A stretch of DNA of 64,000 nucleotides from Chrysomallon squamiferum (lineage: Eukaryota; Animalia; Mollusca): NCBI GenBank assembly GCA_012295275.1, contig CM022679.1:16926001-16990000 (forward strand). Reading direction: 5' to 3'. Of this stretch, positions 25,448 to 42,923 are shown one piece after another (within the stretch, counting starts at the first letter, position 1; every line of letters begins with the position of its first letter). The notes under the pieces were generated by a model. The model saw nothing but the letters and a program-made list of their open reading frames with translations. It had not been told where the DNA came from and did no database searches. The translations under genes were made by a program, and so were the position numbers.

Positions 25448-28031
25448 AATGTAAAATTTCAAAAAAAGAAAAGAAGAATGTTTTAAGTCAGGTAGCAAAC
25501 AAATATTTAAGCAGAAGATTTTGTCATAAATTTAATTATAACAATATTTGTGAGGGAACTGTGTTAAAGTTCAATAACCTTTCACTTCCTTTAGACAGTT
25601 TAAGATTACCACTGTTTCTAAACTGAATTCTAATCGAACCTGGTAACAGTATTCTGTTCAACTCATTCAGTAAATTAAAAACATCAAATCTTTGATGTTC
25701 TTAATATTATGCACAATGTTACTTTAAAAAGTTATGTGTGTGTGTAATTTAAGTGATTATTGTTTTCAAATTTGTGTTTTTTATTTGGTGTCTACTGCTT
25801 ATTTATGAACATTTTTAATGTTTTGTCTTATTTGTTGTTTTAAATAAACTAAAAATAACAAATAAAATATTTATATTTTTCCTTTATTCACGTTGAATGG
25901 AATTAAAGATCCCTCATTAACTGTTGTTTCATCAGTATCTGTATGTCAACAAGTTCAATATTTTCAGGGATAATGGAGAGAGAGAAAAAAACAATATATA
26001 TTTTTGGTCTGCTATACTATTTTTACTGACTTTTGAAAACTTCTGTAAAGTATCTTGATTATTTTTGGACAACAAAACTTTTTCAAAAATTAACACCAGA
26101 AAAAAAAAGTTTTTATATTTTAAAGAGCAGTAGAACTGAAGCTTAAACTTAAAGAAACTACATAACCTCTATGTGAGAGAAACATCAGATTGGTTTTCTG
26201 ATGAATGATGCATTCATTCATGATCATTGAAGCCAATTCATTCCAGAATACAAAAATGTAATAAGGTCGAGGGTCACATGACTCCAATTTCTCAACTGTT
26301 GTGATCTAAAAATAACTTTCTCATTTGTGATTGTTTATTCTGTAGTATTTTTCTTTTATTTAATTTTCCCGCAATTGTGGAAATGGCTTGGAAATACTGA
26401 AAATGATGATGTAATAAATGTGTTTAGTTAGAGTGGAAAATTAATTTTGTTATATTTGAAATTTTGATAAAAACATACTACATACATAATAAATAATGTC
26501 AGATTTTCTTATTCAGTCTGCTCTTTGGTTTGACATTTGCATCATAATATCCATTCCACATTTGAACAGGTTCTCAGAAAGATGCATTGAAATGTCCTCC
26601 TTAAATCTTATGCAAGTGAATTTCAGCTTCTGCTCCATTTCTATTCACATCACCAAATTTGCAACTTTTTAAGTACTGTTTTTGTTCATGTGATCTAAAT
26701 ATTATCTCACTGCTTCAAATCCCATTTTCAGGTGGAAAGTGTACTCAGCAAGTCATTTTATTATTATATAGCCTTTACTAACTCTGATGCTGAAGAAAAC
26801 TGCAAATTCTTAAAAGAAAAAAGAGAAACCCACCAAAAATTAACAGTTTAGATTTTCTAATTTATCTCTTCTAAATGTATTTTAGTTTTTTACCATCTAG
26901 ATCTTTCACTCTGATTAATTTGGTATAAAAAACTATATTTGTGGTAAAACAAGAAATGAACTTATGACTTTTCAAATATTTTTATTGTCTAATGCAAAAG
27001 AATAATTTACCAACTTTGGTTTCACATATGAATGTAAATATACTTTGCAGTTATGAAAAAATTTAGACTGAATATTTAGAACACATAATATGATATATTA
27101 TGAAACACTCTCACTTTCTTTCACAAGATTTCTTCACAATGGCAACTGTGTGCAAATGGCCTCCAAAAATTAAAACTTTGAATTTTCTATCACTGAAGTC
27201 TGGATAAAAAGATCTACAATTATAGTTAGGAGTCAACCTTGCATTACAAAAACAAACAAAAAATTGCCTTTGAGTACCTACTAGTACTAATATCAATAAC
27301 AATACTGACTAGACAGTCAAGGCAGATTGTTTATATAAAAAAAAAAAAAAAAAAAAAGTTGTAAAACCATCAAGAACAGTTTTTGTTTTAAATAATATTT
27401 AGAACATATTTGAAATGTGTAGGGTTAACCTGTGGTATTGTCTCAAGTAACCAGTCGCATAGGAGTATGGTGAATATGTGTAACTGACATATTTGTTCTG
27501 TATTCTGAGATAAAAAGAAGCAGATCAAATTATTTTATATCTATAATTTACATATGTTATTTTGTTACTGTTACTTTTAGGTGTAAACTAAAACTCGTCA
27601 TTTGCCATAAGCTGAGAGATTAATTTTGAATGTAGTACGGTTATTTTTTTTAGCGTAGGGTTGTTTGTTGTTTGTTGTCGTTTTCATATTCATATCGGTG
27701 AGGTAATGAATTTACGTGCATTAGGATGATTAGCTAATGTTAAAAAATATATATTAACAAAATGAATGAAAGAAAATTGAAGAACGGTACAGATCTGAAT
27801 CTATGACATATGGCACAAAATGAAACAGCTAATGACTCTCTCACTAACTGTTTGATATTACTGTTAGTGTTAACATTATTGTTAGATTCTTACGGTGCTG
27901 GAACTTACTCAAGTTACTAGTTTAGTTACTAAGTTAGTGACATAATGATAATTGTCGGAATGTAAACGGAAAAGAATATTAAAACGAATAATGGCGTTCA
28001 CATTTACCATTCCATAAGCGTTAGAACTTAC

Positions 28032-28190
28032 CTAATTATCTTTCAGAATGAAGGAAAATATATACTGCCAGTATAATGTAATAAATTGCCAGAAAAAATA
28101 AATCCTTGCGAAGTTTCTGCCACGTACAGCTTGAGCCGACATATATTTCCGGACTTGCGCATAAATGCCACGTCGGCAGGATGTTTTATT
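28032..28190 (-). promoter_or_regulatory. SEC24C putative promoter and non-coding first exon
   Basis: GTAAGT donor at 28031-28026; locally CpG-rich with TTCCGG (ETS-like) and TGCGCA (NRF1-like) motifs; the ATG exon has an acceptor at 25393-25392. Confidence 0.55.
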
Positions 28191-29362
28191 TTGTGCATTG
28201 TGGGAAATTTAAAAAAAAAAGAAAAAAAGAGTAAAATAATAATAATTATTAGGGTGTCTATTTATTCGGGTTCGGATGTGTAACAGTATGTATAAAATTA
28301 GCAGACAGTTAACTTTATTTTTCGGCTTACTGTTTATTAGATGGATAGTTACTGGCTTTATTTCGGATTCTGTCAGTCAGTCAACCATTGTGAATAAATA
28401 AATAAATAAATAAATAAATAAATGCCTGTAAAAAGCATTTTAAAGAAATTATTTATAGAAGAAAAAGAACATAATAAAATTGATCTCTGTTACTGATATT
28501 GTTAAATTAAATTTAATGTTAGTTTTTGTCCACTAGTTTAGAAATGTTAATTATTTTATTTTTATTATTATTTTCATCTTACATAAAAAATTTAAACGAA
28601 AAAAAAAAAAAAATCTGATGCACACAATTTATCAGTTGTTAGAAATAGATCTTTTACATGCATTATCTTATGAACAGAACTGCATGTACCACAAAAGTCT
28701 TAATCCAAAACAAAACGTTTGAAAAAGATGTTCCAAATAGAAATACTATTTTATTTAAATGTAAAATCATAAAGATATTTAGTTAAAAACTGTAGCAAAA
28801 CCGAAATTGATATGATGACTTTGATTAACTGCTTTATAGTTTGAAATAATTGCATTAGTGTATTATTTACAGATTATGTAATACGAAAATTATTTTCTTT
28901 TATATGCAGTACTAAACCTGAAATATCCAATCAATTTTGTGCCATTTGTAAGAATTTTTACAAATATATTTAGTTACTGCATGGACAATTGCAAGTTTTT
29001 TTTATAACCATTCCTTGAATTTCTTTTACAAAGCATGAGTGTTCTTTGATACAACTCATCTCAGTTCAACAATGAAACAAACAATGGATTTTGAATGAAT
29101 ATTTTTATTCATTTGAAGTATAAGTGTGTATGTTTCATTTCCAATTTGTATACATCTGAATGTTCTTTCTTTGTGTGCTTGATGTGACCTGATTTATAAA
29201 ATACATTCAGTATTTCTGGTAAACAAAACACATAAAAATGTAAATTCTCAGAAAAAAAATCATGTATAAAATAAAAAATAATAATAAATAAATAAATAAA
29301 AATAGCAAAAAATAACAGCAATAATAAACATCATTTATTACATTTATTTTTGAAGGGTAAAA

Positions 29363-32256
<2,894 letters not shown>

Positions 32257-32943
32257 CACATGGCATTTAAAACAGACACGTCAGACACTGAATTAAGCGT
32301 GGCAGTTTATTACACAGCTGTTTTCACCATAACACAACATGTCACTTCCACCCCTTCACAGCATCTCTGAAAACAAAACTAATCATAAACTATTCTCTAA
32401 ACAACATATTATAATACATCTGTCTAGCCAGAGCTGAATGTTCCACCCACACTGCTGGGGAAAAGTAGTAATGTGTAATTACATTGAGCATTACTTAGTA
32501 ATACAAAGTAGTGTGCGCATATGTGTAATAAGTTAGTTAAAAAAGTGAGAGAGAGAAATAGAAAAAAGAAAGAAAGAAAAAGTTTTCACAATAATAAAAT
32601 AAATAGGTTTATCCGTGACAAAGGCTGTATATATGGAGCTGGTACCCTCACAACATTCCGATATCGTTTTCGTTTATATTTAAGTTCTAATTATTTCAAC
32701 CATATGTATTTCCAGATAGATCAAGGAAAATAGAAGTGTATGTTACAGTAAGGACAATTAAAAATAATATAATAAGAATAAGAATAAGAATAATAAAAGA
32801 AATAAAAAGAAAGATAGAAAGGGGAAAAAAGAAAGAAAGAAATCAAGATTTTTCAGAATATAAAATAATCAAAATGGAAGTACTTAACAGTTTTATTAGA
32901 TAACAACTTTTCTTTCTAAAATTAAATTATTTTATAATACATA

Positions 32944-33009
<66 letters not shown>

Positions 33010-33199
33010 CAGCTGTAGCAGAGTATTTGGCAAAATGGTTTTTAAATAAATAAATAAAACTGAACACATCATTTTATAAACGTTCAACGATAAATGTTTT
33101 TTGTAATGGGTGTGGTACATATCTTTTATGCGTAATCTATATGATAATAAGTCGCAGGTTTTATTGTATTTATTTTAATTGGTGAGAGCATATTTCCGC

Positions 33200-33600
33200 T
33201 CACACTTTTTCATTCGTTAGAGACCTACATGAAAACCGTTAACTGTTCAATAAACAGGATCACATGCACACGCGTGATGATAGATAAGCAATGCACGTAC
33301 GCATTTGAGTATACATATGCAGATATTGAGCGAATATCTCTAATGTAATAATATATTATTCTACTTAACTTTCTATTAATTTTTAATTCAGTATTCAGAT
33401 TAGTAATAAAAGTAAATCAATTTGGCATCGATTGATTTTCCATTTGGATGAAAGCCTACATCAGGCTATAGGTGGCGCTAACTTCACACAAATACTATAT
33501 GGTGTGTATTGACATTTGGCGGAAGTCGATGGATGTTGAAGTATGTAGCACAGTCGGACAGGTAAATGACATTTATTAACTACAACATACGTTAACCAAA
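33200..33600. promoter_or_regulatory. Putative bidirectional promoter between FUT11 (-) and MARCH8-like (+)
   Basis: Head-to-head genes; CpG-enriched; AGGTGGCGC CTCF-like motif at about 33470; GGCGGAAGT ETS/GABP-like motif at 33518-33526; + strand donors at 33541 (GTATGT) and 33562 (GTAAAT). Confidence 0.5.
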
Positions 33601-34755
33601 GGCGAGTTCGGTTACGCAGGGAAACTGCACTAGACTGCAGGTTATACCTGCGTTCCCCTAACACTGAACTGAGATGGGTTGGTGAACCAACTTTTGACGG
33701 ACATACTTTTTTGTTGACGTTCTGGCCAACTAGTTATTTATATATGTCAATATGTATAATGTACCACCTTCAGATGTCTAGCTGGCTATAGGCACGGAGA
33801 TGTTGAATTTGAGATATCGTAACAGAGAATATAATTATCTGTGTTAAAAACGGACTGATATTTGTTGTGGCCGTCATATCGTGACGGTGGGGCCATACGG
33901 TAGGTAATACACAGCTTGTTCGGTTGTGCATAAATCCAGTTTGCATCATACTTTTACATGTAACTATTAAAATCATTAAAAATTTAAAATTAGTATAGTG
34001 TTGTCATAATTATGTTAGTGTCTGAGGTAATATGGCTTTGGTAATATTCATAACAGAAATTATGATTGTAATGAAGTAAATAATTGTTTTCAATGTACAG
34101 ATAGTACAAACTAGTATATTAATTGTTAAGTACTTAATGAATATTTGTTAAATAAGTTCAAATCGTATTTATTGTAAAAGATTATTTCATCTGAAAAAGA
34201 TTATTAAGAAGAAGTCTAGTGCCGTCATGCCAGGTGTTTGTCGTGTCATTTAGCAGAAAATACTCTGCAGTATGCTTCTTCCAGCCACATCTACCACAGT
34301 TTACGACTTAGTATCCCAACAAGATCATGTTTATTCTGTTTTAATTACTTTTTAAAAATCTTTTAAATTTTTTATTCATCTGTATTCCATAACAGTGTAA
34401 TTAAAAAAAACCAAAACCCCAGTTTAATTATTTAAAACAAGTTTAAATCATTTTAAAATTAGAATGAGTTAATTAAGTTCAAAATTATATACATGTTAAA
34501 GCCAGCTTTTTAAGGCTTGTTTCCAGAACATATTTTATTAAGTATCAGCCAGCCTCAAACAATAATAATACCAAAGTGCATTTTTGAGTCCTGTAATGAG
34601 GGTTTTAAACTTCACTATGAATGGCACAATGATTGCTAATTCAGGACAGGAAGATCTAATACATAATAAAGCAGTTAATGTGCAGATCTGTGCTTGTTGA
34701 AAAAGTTCATATATTAGGAGGGTAACTGTAGACATTGTGTGTAACTGAACTACTA

Positions 34756-35003
34756 TAACTGGCTAGTTTCATTTGACATAAAACAGTGGCATATTAAACA
34801 TCAGCTAACTGGTTAGTTTCATTTGACATAAAACAGTGGTATATTAAACATCAGCTAACTGGTTAGTTTCATTTGACATAAAACAGTGGTATATTAAACA
34901 TCAGCTAACTGGTTAGTTTCATTTGACATAAAACAGTGGTATTAAACATCAGCTAACTGGTTAGTTTCATTTGACATAAAACAGTGGTATATTAAACATC
35001 AGC
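34756..35003. repeat. Minisatellite, 5 x 50 bp (TAACTGGTTAGTTTCATTTGACATAAAACAGTGGTATATTAAACATCAGC)
   Basis: Units start at 34756, 34806, 34856, 34906 and 34954 (copy 4 has a 2-bp deletion); no spacers. Confidence 0.95.
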
Positions 35004-37308
35004 TGTAAAACAAACAACACAGAGACTGACAGACGTTATTCATAAAAATAAAATAAAAAAATAAAAATTGTACTTAATGTCATAACAGGTTTTTTGAAAA
35101 TTTCTTTTGTTGAGACTGACCTGCTCTAAATACATATAATTATAATTAACGTTTTACAAAAATATGCAGATAAGAAAAAAAAAAACCAAAACCCAAAGAA
35201 GATAAAAAAAACAACCTAACAACACACCAGTAAATAGAAATTACTATAATTTTGGATTAAGAAAATAACCTGCAAACATCATAATAGAGCTTGTGTATTT
35301 AAGGGTCAATGAATGATGGAGGAAATGTTTTCAACTTTAACAAATGATTGTCACAGAATAGTAAATAGTTACAGTTTCAAACACAGTTTTATATGATTGT
35401 GATTTAAGAAAAAATCACTGGTGTAACTTTTTTCATTTAGCAGTAGCAGAACGTTGTAAGAATCTACTTACAAGAAAGTAAATTAATCAGTAGCACTGGA
35501 ACAGCAGAAGAAATGTAAAATATTTATAGTCGGTGCTTATAATACAAGCGAGATGTTGATTTACAACCCAAATGAGTCACACTGTTATAAACTGGATGAG
35601 TTATAAATAACTGCAGGATTTTTCATTATTATTATTATTATTTTATATATAGTATTTATTTTGTTAACTGATATACTTTTACTACCTGCCTTTGGACCAG
35701 TTTAATGGCAGACTAGGACTTTATCATACTTGTATATTTGTTTGCAGGAAAACCTTAACTTTCCATTCTTGTTGGTTAAATGTATTTTAAATGTGTATTT
35801 TATTCTGTTTGATGAGGTTATCAAATTCTATCACTCTTAAAGTATGTTTGTGTGTGTGTGTCTTTATAAATTCTGTCTAATTTTTATTTAAATGCTTTGT
35901 ATTTTAATTTTATGAAGAGCATTTTATTCAACAGTTAATATTTAATGGTAATTACACATTTTGTAATCCTGACTAACAGCACACACTCAGACACACAGAT
36001 GTTGAAAGCACGTGGCTGAAATATATAAGCAAATAGAAATGTAAAATAGTTCATTATGAAAACATCATTTAACAGTGTTTGCAAGTATTTAAAAACGGTA
36101 AAATCAATAAAACAAAATTTATACTGTTGAAAAGTTAAATTATTTTATTACCATGAAAGGATTGTTAACAACAGAAGACACATTGTCAAAAATCTGTAAC
36201 TTTTCATCACCATACTTCCTCATTTAGAACAGCATGCACATTATAAGTAAAATACCTTCATAAGTGAAATAAACTTCTTTCAAGTCAACCAGATATCTCT
36301 TGGATGTTGATCATATTAAATTTTTGTTCTCTTACACAGAAAATCCAGGAAAGTTTAAATTTTCTCTTGATTACATAGGCATGCTGTTAAGGCAAATATG
36401 TTGTTTTGAATTTTGTAATATGAAAGAAGTGAGATGAATTACGTAGTGTAAGTACAGGAATTTATAAACTGTACATGTTTAGCTTTAACCATCACCCTGT
36501 GTTCTTCTAGTTTTGCAGTGGTCCTGCCACCCACACGAGAATCACTCTGTTAAACTAAGGAATACTCAGTATTTTTTACAAACCAAGTTTCATAATTTAG
36601 AACGTAACAAACAATGTTTTGAGCAATGCACATCTCATTCCTGTGTTTTAGATGTGAAATGATAATTTCAAAAACTACCATGTTATGAAATACTGAAATC
36701 TATTGCACAGCATATAACAGAAAAAAATTAAAATGCATTAAGATTATTCAAATTTATAACATAAGTAAATGTTTATTGTGAAGAAAACACTGCAGAATTA
36801 TCATTTAAAAGAAGTTTGTATAATAAACCATATTTTGACAATTCACAGTTGATTGAAAATAAAAATAAAAATATCTCATCTTCTCAAAAGAAAGGGCAGA
36901 AATACGTTTCCACAGTTTGTTCATTCTGGTATTTTTTTCATGTGATATTCAAATTGAATATTAAAGGATGGAAAATGACGTTAATTGATTTTAAAAGTAA
37001 AACATCAAAATTTAAAGGATTAACAAACAAACAATCGAGAAAAAAAGAAGACCTATGGTTAGGTTCTGATTAGATAGATATCACGATCTTGTACATATTT
37101 GTTGTTGAATTTTTAAAAATAATTTTTATTTCAGATTTTGGCTAGTCAATGTGAGAGAAATTATGTGTGAAGACATTCAGTGTCTTCTTCTGGAATCTTC
37201 ATTACAAAAACAGAAAGACTGCCCAGAGTAACAGAGATCATTTATAACCATTTTCCTTTGTGACAGTGCATAGACAAACTACCAAATGAAGTCTCAAGTA
37301 ACAGCAAA

Positions 37309-39433
37309 ATGCCTATACAACAGATCTCTGTCCGTCCAACAGTGGTCATGAAGGAACGCAAAAGTAATTCTAATTCTTGGAAGAGCAGAGAAGAAACAGC
37401 CAAGGTAGATGATTTAAAGCAGTGTTTAGTAATGTAAAGTGCCTGGATTATGTGTTTTTTTATTAGATACAAAAAAACCCCACTGCAGTGCATGATTTAA
37501 AGCATGTTTTGAGTGTTTTAAAATTACAGAAATTCTTATGTGTTTATAAATTAGTTACAAATTGGATGATAACAAAAATATTAGTACTTTAATTTATTAC
37601 ATGGAAATGTTATGGGATTTATGGGTGGGTTTTAAATTTTCAAGAAAAAGCTAAAGTGGATGATATTACTGGGATGTGTGTAATGGATTGCTATGTGATA
37701 TACAAGTACAAGCAGAATGTGTCCTTTAGAAATTCAAATGATTTTGTCCATTAATATTTTCAGTAATACCAAGACATATAACTGAATAATGATCATGGAC
37801 AAGACAAAGATTTATATGGACTGTGAATTAGGATTAAAATCCAGTAACTTCCATTAATACATTATAGACATACCTGAATGAATACAATAGTAAATTGTTA
37901 TTGGCCTAACCTTGGTGTGCATGTATACTATATGAGTGGTAAATTGTAACTGATGTTTACAAGTATAAATTTATATATTTATTCCTATTAACAGTTTTAA
38001 TGAATAAATATGAGATCATCTCATATTTTCATACCTTCAGAAAGTCCATTTGTATTTGAAATTTCTGATATTAGTTGAAGAAATTGATTCGATAAGGAAT
38101 ACCATTGAAAATAGGCATTTTATTCTATAAAATAAATTTCATACTGTCACAGTGATACTCAGTACTATTCTGATATCAGTATAATACTATTAATGACAGG
38201 TTATTCTGTTTGTAATTAGTATTTATTATTATTATTATTATTTTTTTTTTAATACTTTGCACTTGCTGTTAATCTGAAAGTGTTCTGTTTTTGATATTTA
38301 AATTTTTAAAAGAAATCCCTCTGCACTTTCAGGAAACTCTGCACCCTGATGCTGTATCTACTCGATGTAGTGAACGATGTGATTCACAGTTGTCAACTAC
38401 ATCATCGGGAATGGACATGTGTCGGATCTGCCACTGCGAGGCTGAAGCCTGCAACCAGCTCATCTCCCCGTGTCTCTGCTCTGGAAGTCTGAAGTATGTA
38501 CACTTAGCCTGTCTTCAAAAGTGGATTAAAAGTTCAGAGAAGATAGACTGCGAGCTGTGTAAATTTCAGTACATCATGACTTCAAGAACTAAACCATTCC
38601 AACAGGTAAACATACTGCCTATGTTTTGTGTCCCCCATAAATGTATGTATAAATGTGTGTGTGTGTGTGTGTGTGTATTTTTTTGTATTTTGTCTACATC
38701 TATTTTTAAATGATTACAGGGTTTTTTTAATAAAAAAAAGAAAATGAAATGTTTTCCATTAATTTGATTTAATAAACCATTATTAACAGGTTTTCATTTC
38801 ATTCTTCTTTTTTTACTTTTTTTAAAAACCAGTCTTTCAGCCCAGGTTAGATATCAAAGCATATCTTGCATTGTTACATACTGTTTTATTAAAATAAGTG
38901 TAATAATGTAATATCCAGATTTAATTTATTCCACCAGAACCATATATTCCAATTCCCTAATGGTATCTCTTTTTAGTGGTGAAATCAAAAATTTTCCTTC
39001 TTTCTATATTGATGTGATTGTTTTTATATTTTTGCAGTGGGAGAAACTTGACATGTCATCAGCAGAGAGGAGGAAAATAATCTGTTCTGTGACATTTCAC
39101 ATTATTGCTGTTACCTGTGTCATCTGGTCACTGTATGTCCTCATAGATCGAACCACAGAGGAGGTTGCTAGTGGTAACTTAGACTGGCCATTCTGGACTA
39201 AACTGATTGTTGTGGCTATTGGTTTCACAGGAGGTCTAGTGTTTATGTACGTGCAGTGTAAGATGTATGTGCAGCTGTGTGCACGCTGGCGCTCATTCAA
39301 CAAAGTGATTCATATTGAAAACGCGCCAGAGGATGAGACGCTAAGAGCCAATGAGGCAGCCAAGATAAAAGTTCGAGATGGGCTGACAAATGCAATTGCC
39401 ATGCAGGAGATGTCATCAATAGGTGCTGTCTAA
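37309..39433 (+). CDS. MARCHF8: E3 ubiquitin ligase MARCH1/8-like (RING-CH, 2 TM); exons 37309-37404, 38333-38605, 39038-39433; about 254 aa
   Basis: N-terminus [10 protein letters not shown] (like MPLHQISAIP); CRICHCE...[22 protein letters not shown]...CELCK; [21 protein letters not shown]; [26 protein letters not shown]; phase-0 GT-AG junctions. Confidence 0.95.
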
Positions 39434-42400
39434 CACTGAACAAACCACCGGTCTACAAATCCATTGTTTCTCTTTAACACTGTTGATGTTGTATTAACAA
39501 AAACTCTGTTGAAGTACTAGACTTGCACACCATGCTAGTTATCAACACTCAGTTTAAAATCTCAAAATATTCTGAGTGGCAAAATTTTTTTTTTTTTTTT
39601 TTTTTTTTTTAAATATTACAAGTACACTGCATAAAGTCCACTATTATCATGTATGATGTTTTTGCCTCTGGATGTATATAAAATATATATTTTAAGAGAA
39701 TTTAATTATATATACTGGATTGTTTCTGTTATTCAGACATACTAATGCTTAATGTGAAATACTTTTTTTTGAAATTTCTTATTTCACTCAGAGATCTGAA
39801 AAACAAAACGAATTCCAATACTTAAGTCTGTCACACTGATAATAACATGTTTGTTTTTGATTCCATATTCTTCTGGAATAACTAATGTCTTATCATATTA
39901 TACAAGGAAAAATAATTATTTAAATTTATCATTATATAAAAATACAACACTATTTTAGTGTAACCAGATCAAAGAGGATGTATTAACATTAATCAGAATT
40001 ATTATTTTAACACACATACATACATAATTGGCAAATATATTTTCAAGAATTCCATTTTTTTTTTTTGAGAAACCAAAATGCAGATGAAACATTTTTTTCA
40101 TTATATAGCAAATAAAAAAAAAAAAAAAAAAAAAAATTTATAATAAAAATAAGATAAAAAAAAAAAAAAAAAAATATATAGATATAAATATATGATTTAT
40201 TTATTTATTTATAATAAGAATCCCTTATTTATGTATATCTCTGTTACAGCTGAGCATACTTTATTTAGTCCATTAAGGGTCTCAGAGAATCTCTGGGACC
40301 AGACATTTCCATAATGCTGGAATCTAACGAAGCATTCATTGATATGTACATGTATACACAGACAGAGCGTGACCTCAAAAGGTGTACAAGATATCATAGA
40401 TAACAATGGTAAAACATAACGTGTTATGTTTTACCAGAATGCTTAATTAGTAAATGAGTAAATATATTTAAAAAAAATTTAATAAATAATATAATACAAC
40501 AATAAGAATTTGTTTTGAAAACTTAAATGCAATGCAGTTAGTAACTTTCCCTACCATTAATAAAGTACCCCATGTCTACAAAATATCACCAAGAACTAAT
40601 ATCAAAAATGTTTTTCAGCAAAGGTTTACCATTATTGTTATTAGTCATTATTATTATTATCATTACTACTATTATTATTGTCATTATTACTACTATACTA
40701 CTACAATTATTGTTTCTTGAGGTTAATTGTAAACATTGTCATTTTTTTTTTTTTTTTTTTTAAATATAGGGATGGAAATACACATATATTTACACTCATC
40801 TACAGATGTCATCATAAATTATATTTTTGACTATTTTTGTGATAAAACTATTGATGCCTTTATTGGCATTGTGTAAAGTAAATAATCTTTTTGCTCAGTT
40901 TATTTGTAAATATGTATATAAAAAGGCAACGACTTTGTGATATTTTATATGTATTTGTTATTCAGTTTGGAACTGAATTTAGAATTAAGCTATGTACATT
41001 TTCAGAAGCTTGCAGAAATTTATTTTTTGTTTTAATTATTATATAATATTACATCATTAACTTAGTTATAAAAGCATATGAAAATCACGTTTTAATTAAA
41101 ATAATGACATTATTGTTTTTACATTAGATGTGAAACTGATCTGCTTAATGGAAATGTGAAATTTTCAGAAATGTGTTACGGAAAATGTGGAATATAATTA
41201 CTGTTTTAATTATTGATAATTAATACATCCATTTAATTTTTATTTTTAATGAGTTCACTCACCCATTATTGTTTCAATATCTGCCTTATTCTGTTTTTTG
41301 TAAATACACACAACTGAAAAGATAGACAGCAAGCTAAAATGTATTTTTTAACTATTTCTGTAGTAATATAGATTTTTATGAACTGATCAATAACCACAAA
41401 CATTGAGATGCATATCATTTTTAACATACATGTGCAGTTTCAATCAAGTAATCAAACTATGATTTTTATTTTTTTATATTTATGAATGCTGTATAACTGT
41501 ATATATTATATAAATGTACATATACTTTTGGGTAGGTTTTTAAATAGAACACATGTTTAGAGATGTTTTAGATGATGAAGACATTCCTGAAATCCTTCTG
41601 TTGATGTTGCATGTTTACTCACTGTTCCTTAAATAATAAACACACAGATGTAGGTGTTTCTGGCAACATTTCTCTATAGATTTTTCAGTTTACCATGACG
41701 TCATGAATTAATCAAATTATTGAGCCATTAACCATGACAAACCATTAACAATGAATAAATAAATAATAAAACTAAAACTAAAGCTGGTTTATAGGTAAAC
41801 CATTCTAATGGGACAAAAACCTTTGTTTACTGTGTGTGCAGTGAGTTTGTAGGGTTTGGGCTCCTCAAATGTCCCCCATAGGCACTAAATGTTGCATGAC
41901 AAAATACATGCATACAAACACACATACATGTATACACATATATATTTTATATAGAGATTTTTTTAAGTTATTATATTTTTTTTATATTAAGCTTTAACTG
42001 GTCATTAAGAATTCCTTTCACAAAGACTCATGTTTGTTGTATTTGATTTGATTTTTTGGTTGTTTGGTTGTTTCTTTTTTGGGGGTGGGGGTTGGTTTTG
42101 TTGTTGTTGTTTTACTTCAGAGTTATGCAGAGATTCACTAAAACAATATTTCAGGGTTTCTTCTAAGTGAGAACTTCAACTGGGCATCTTTAAATGACAA
42201 GAAAAATACTACATCATTTACTGGACAGTAATATAGATAAATTTTACTATAGAATCAAAGAAACAGGTTATTAAGCTTTCATAAATCCTAGTCTGGTCAA
42301 CAGTTTTTTTTAAATATTATTTATGTATTTTTCAATCAATATTATCCACACCATGGAGTAAGATTTCATTTATCACTTCATTTATGAATAATTTTAATAT

Positions 42401-42525
42401 TTATACATTTATTTACAAATTCTTTTTTTATGTAAGTTTACTAATAATAATGAAGATAAATTATATATATATAAGAATAATAAGTTTTATATATAAAAAT
42501 CTATATTAAACTGTTTTGACCAATT

Positions 42526-42569
<44 letters not shown>

Positions 42570-42600
42570 GGGACCACTTATTAATAACATTCCTCTAGAC

Positions 42601-42923
42601 CACAGTTTTCAACCTGGGGGTTGCAAGATCGTTCTTAAGCAAGGATATGTTTTAGCTTTTTAAATTATACACTAACAAGACAGAACAAACCATACTTTTT
42701 ACTAAAATAACATTATGTACATGACTTGGAAGGAGGAATAAATAAAAACGTTTTGGTAGATTTGAGACCTGTGATAGTGAATATTGATTCCTTTTGTACT
42801 GTCTTTGGTTGATGAAAATATGGTAACCCTAGATATTATTTAATCAAAAATTTTAAAGGGGGTCATCAGTCATACTGAGTTGCTCATAAGGGGTCACAAT
42901 ATGAAAAAGGTTGAAAACCAGTG
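42601..42923. mobile_element. hAT (Charlie-like) MITE, about 320 bp; partial internal copy at about 43893-43960
   Basis: TIRs CACAGTTTTCAACCT / AGGTTGAAAACCAGTG; 8-bp TSD CTCTAGAC / CTGTAGAC. Confidence 0.8.
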
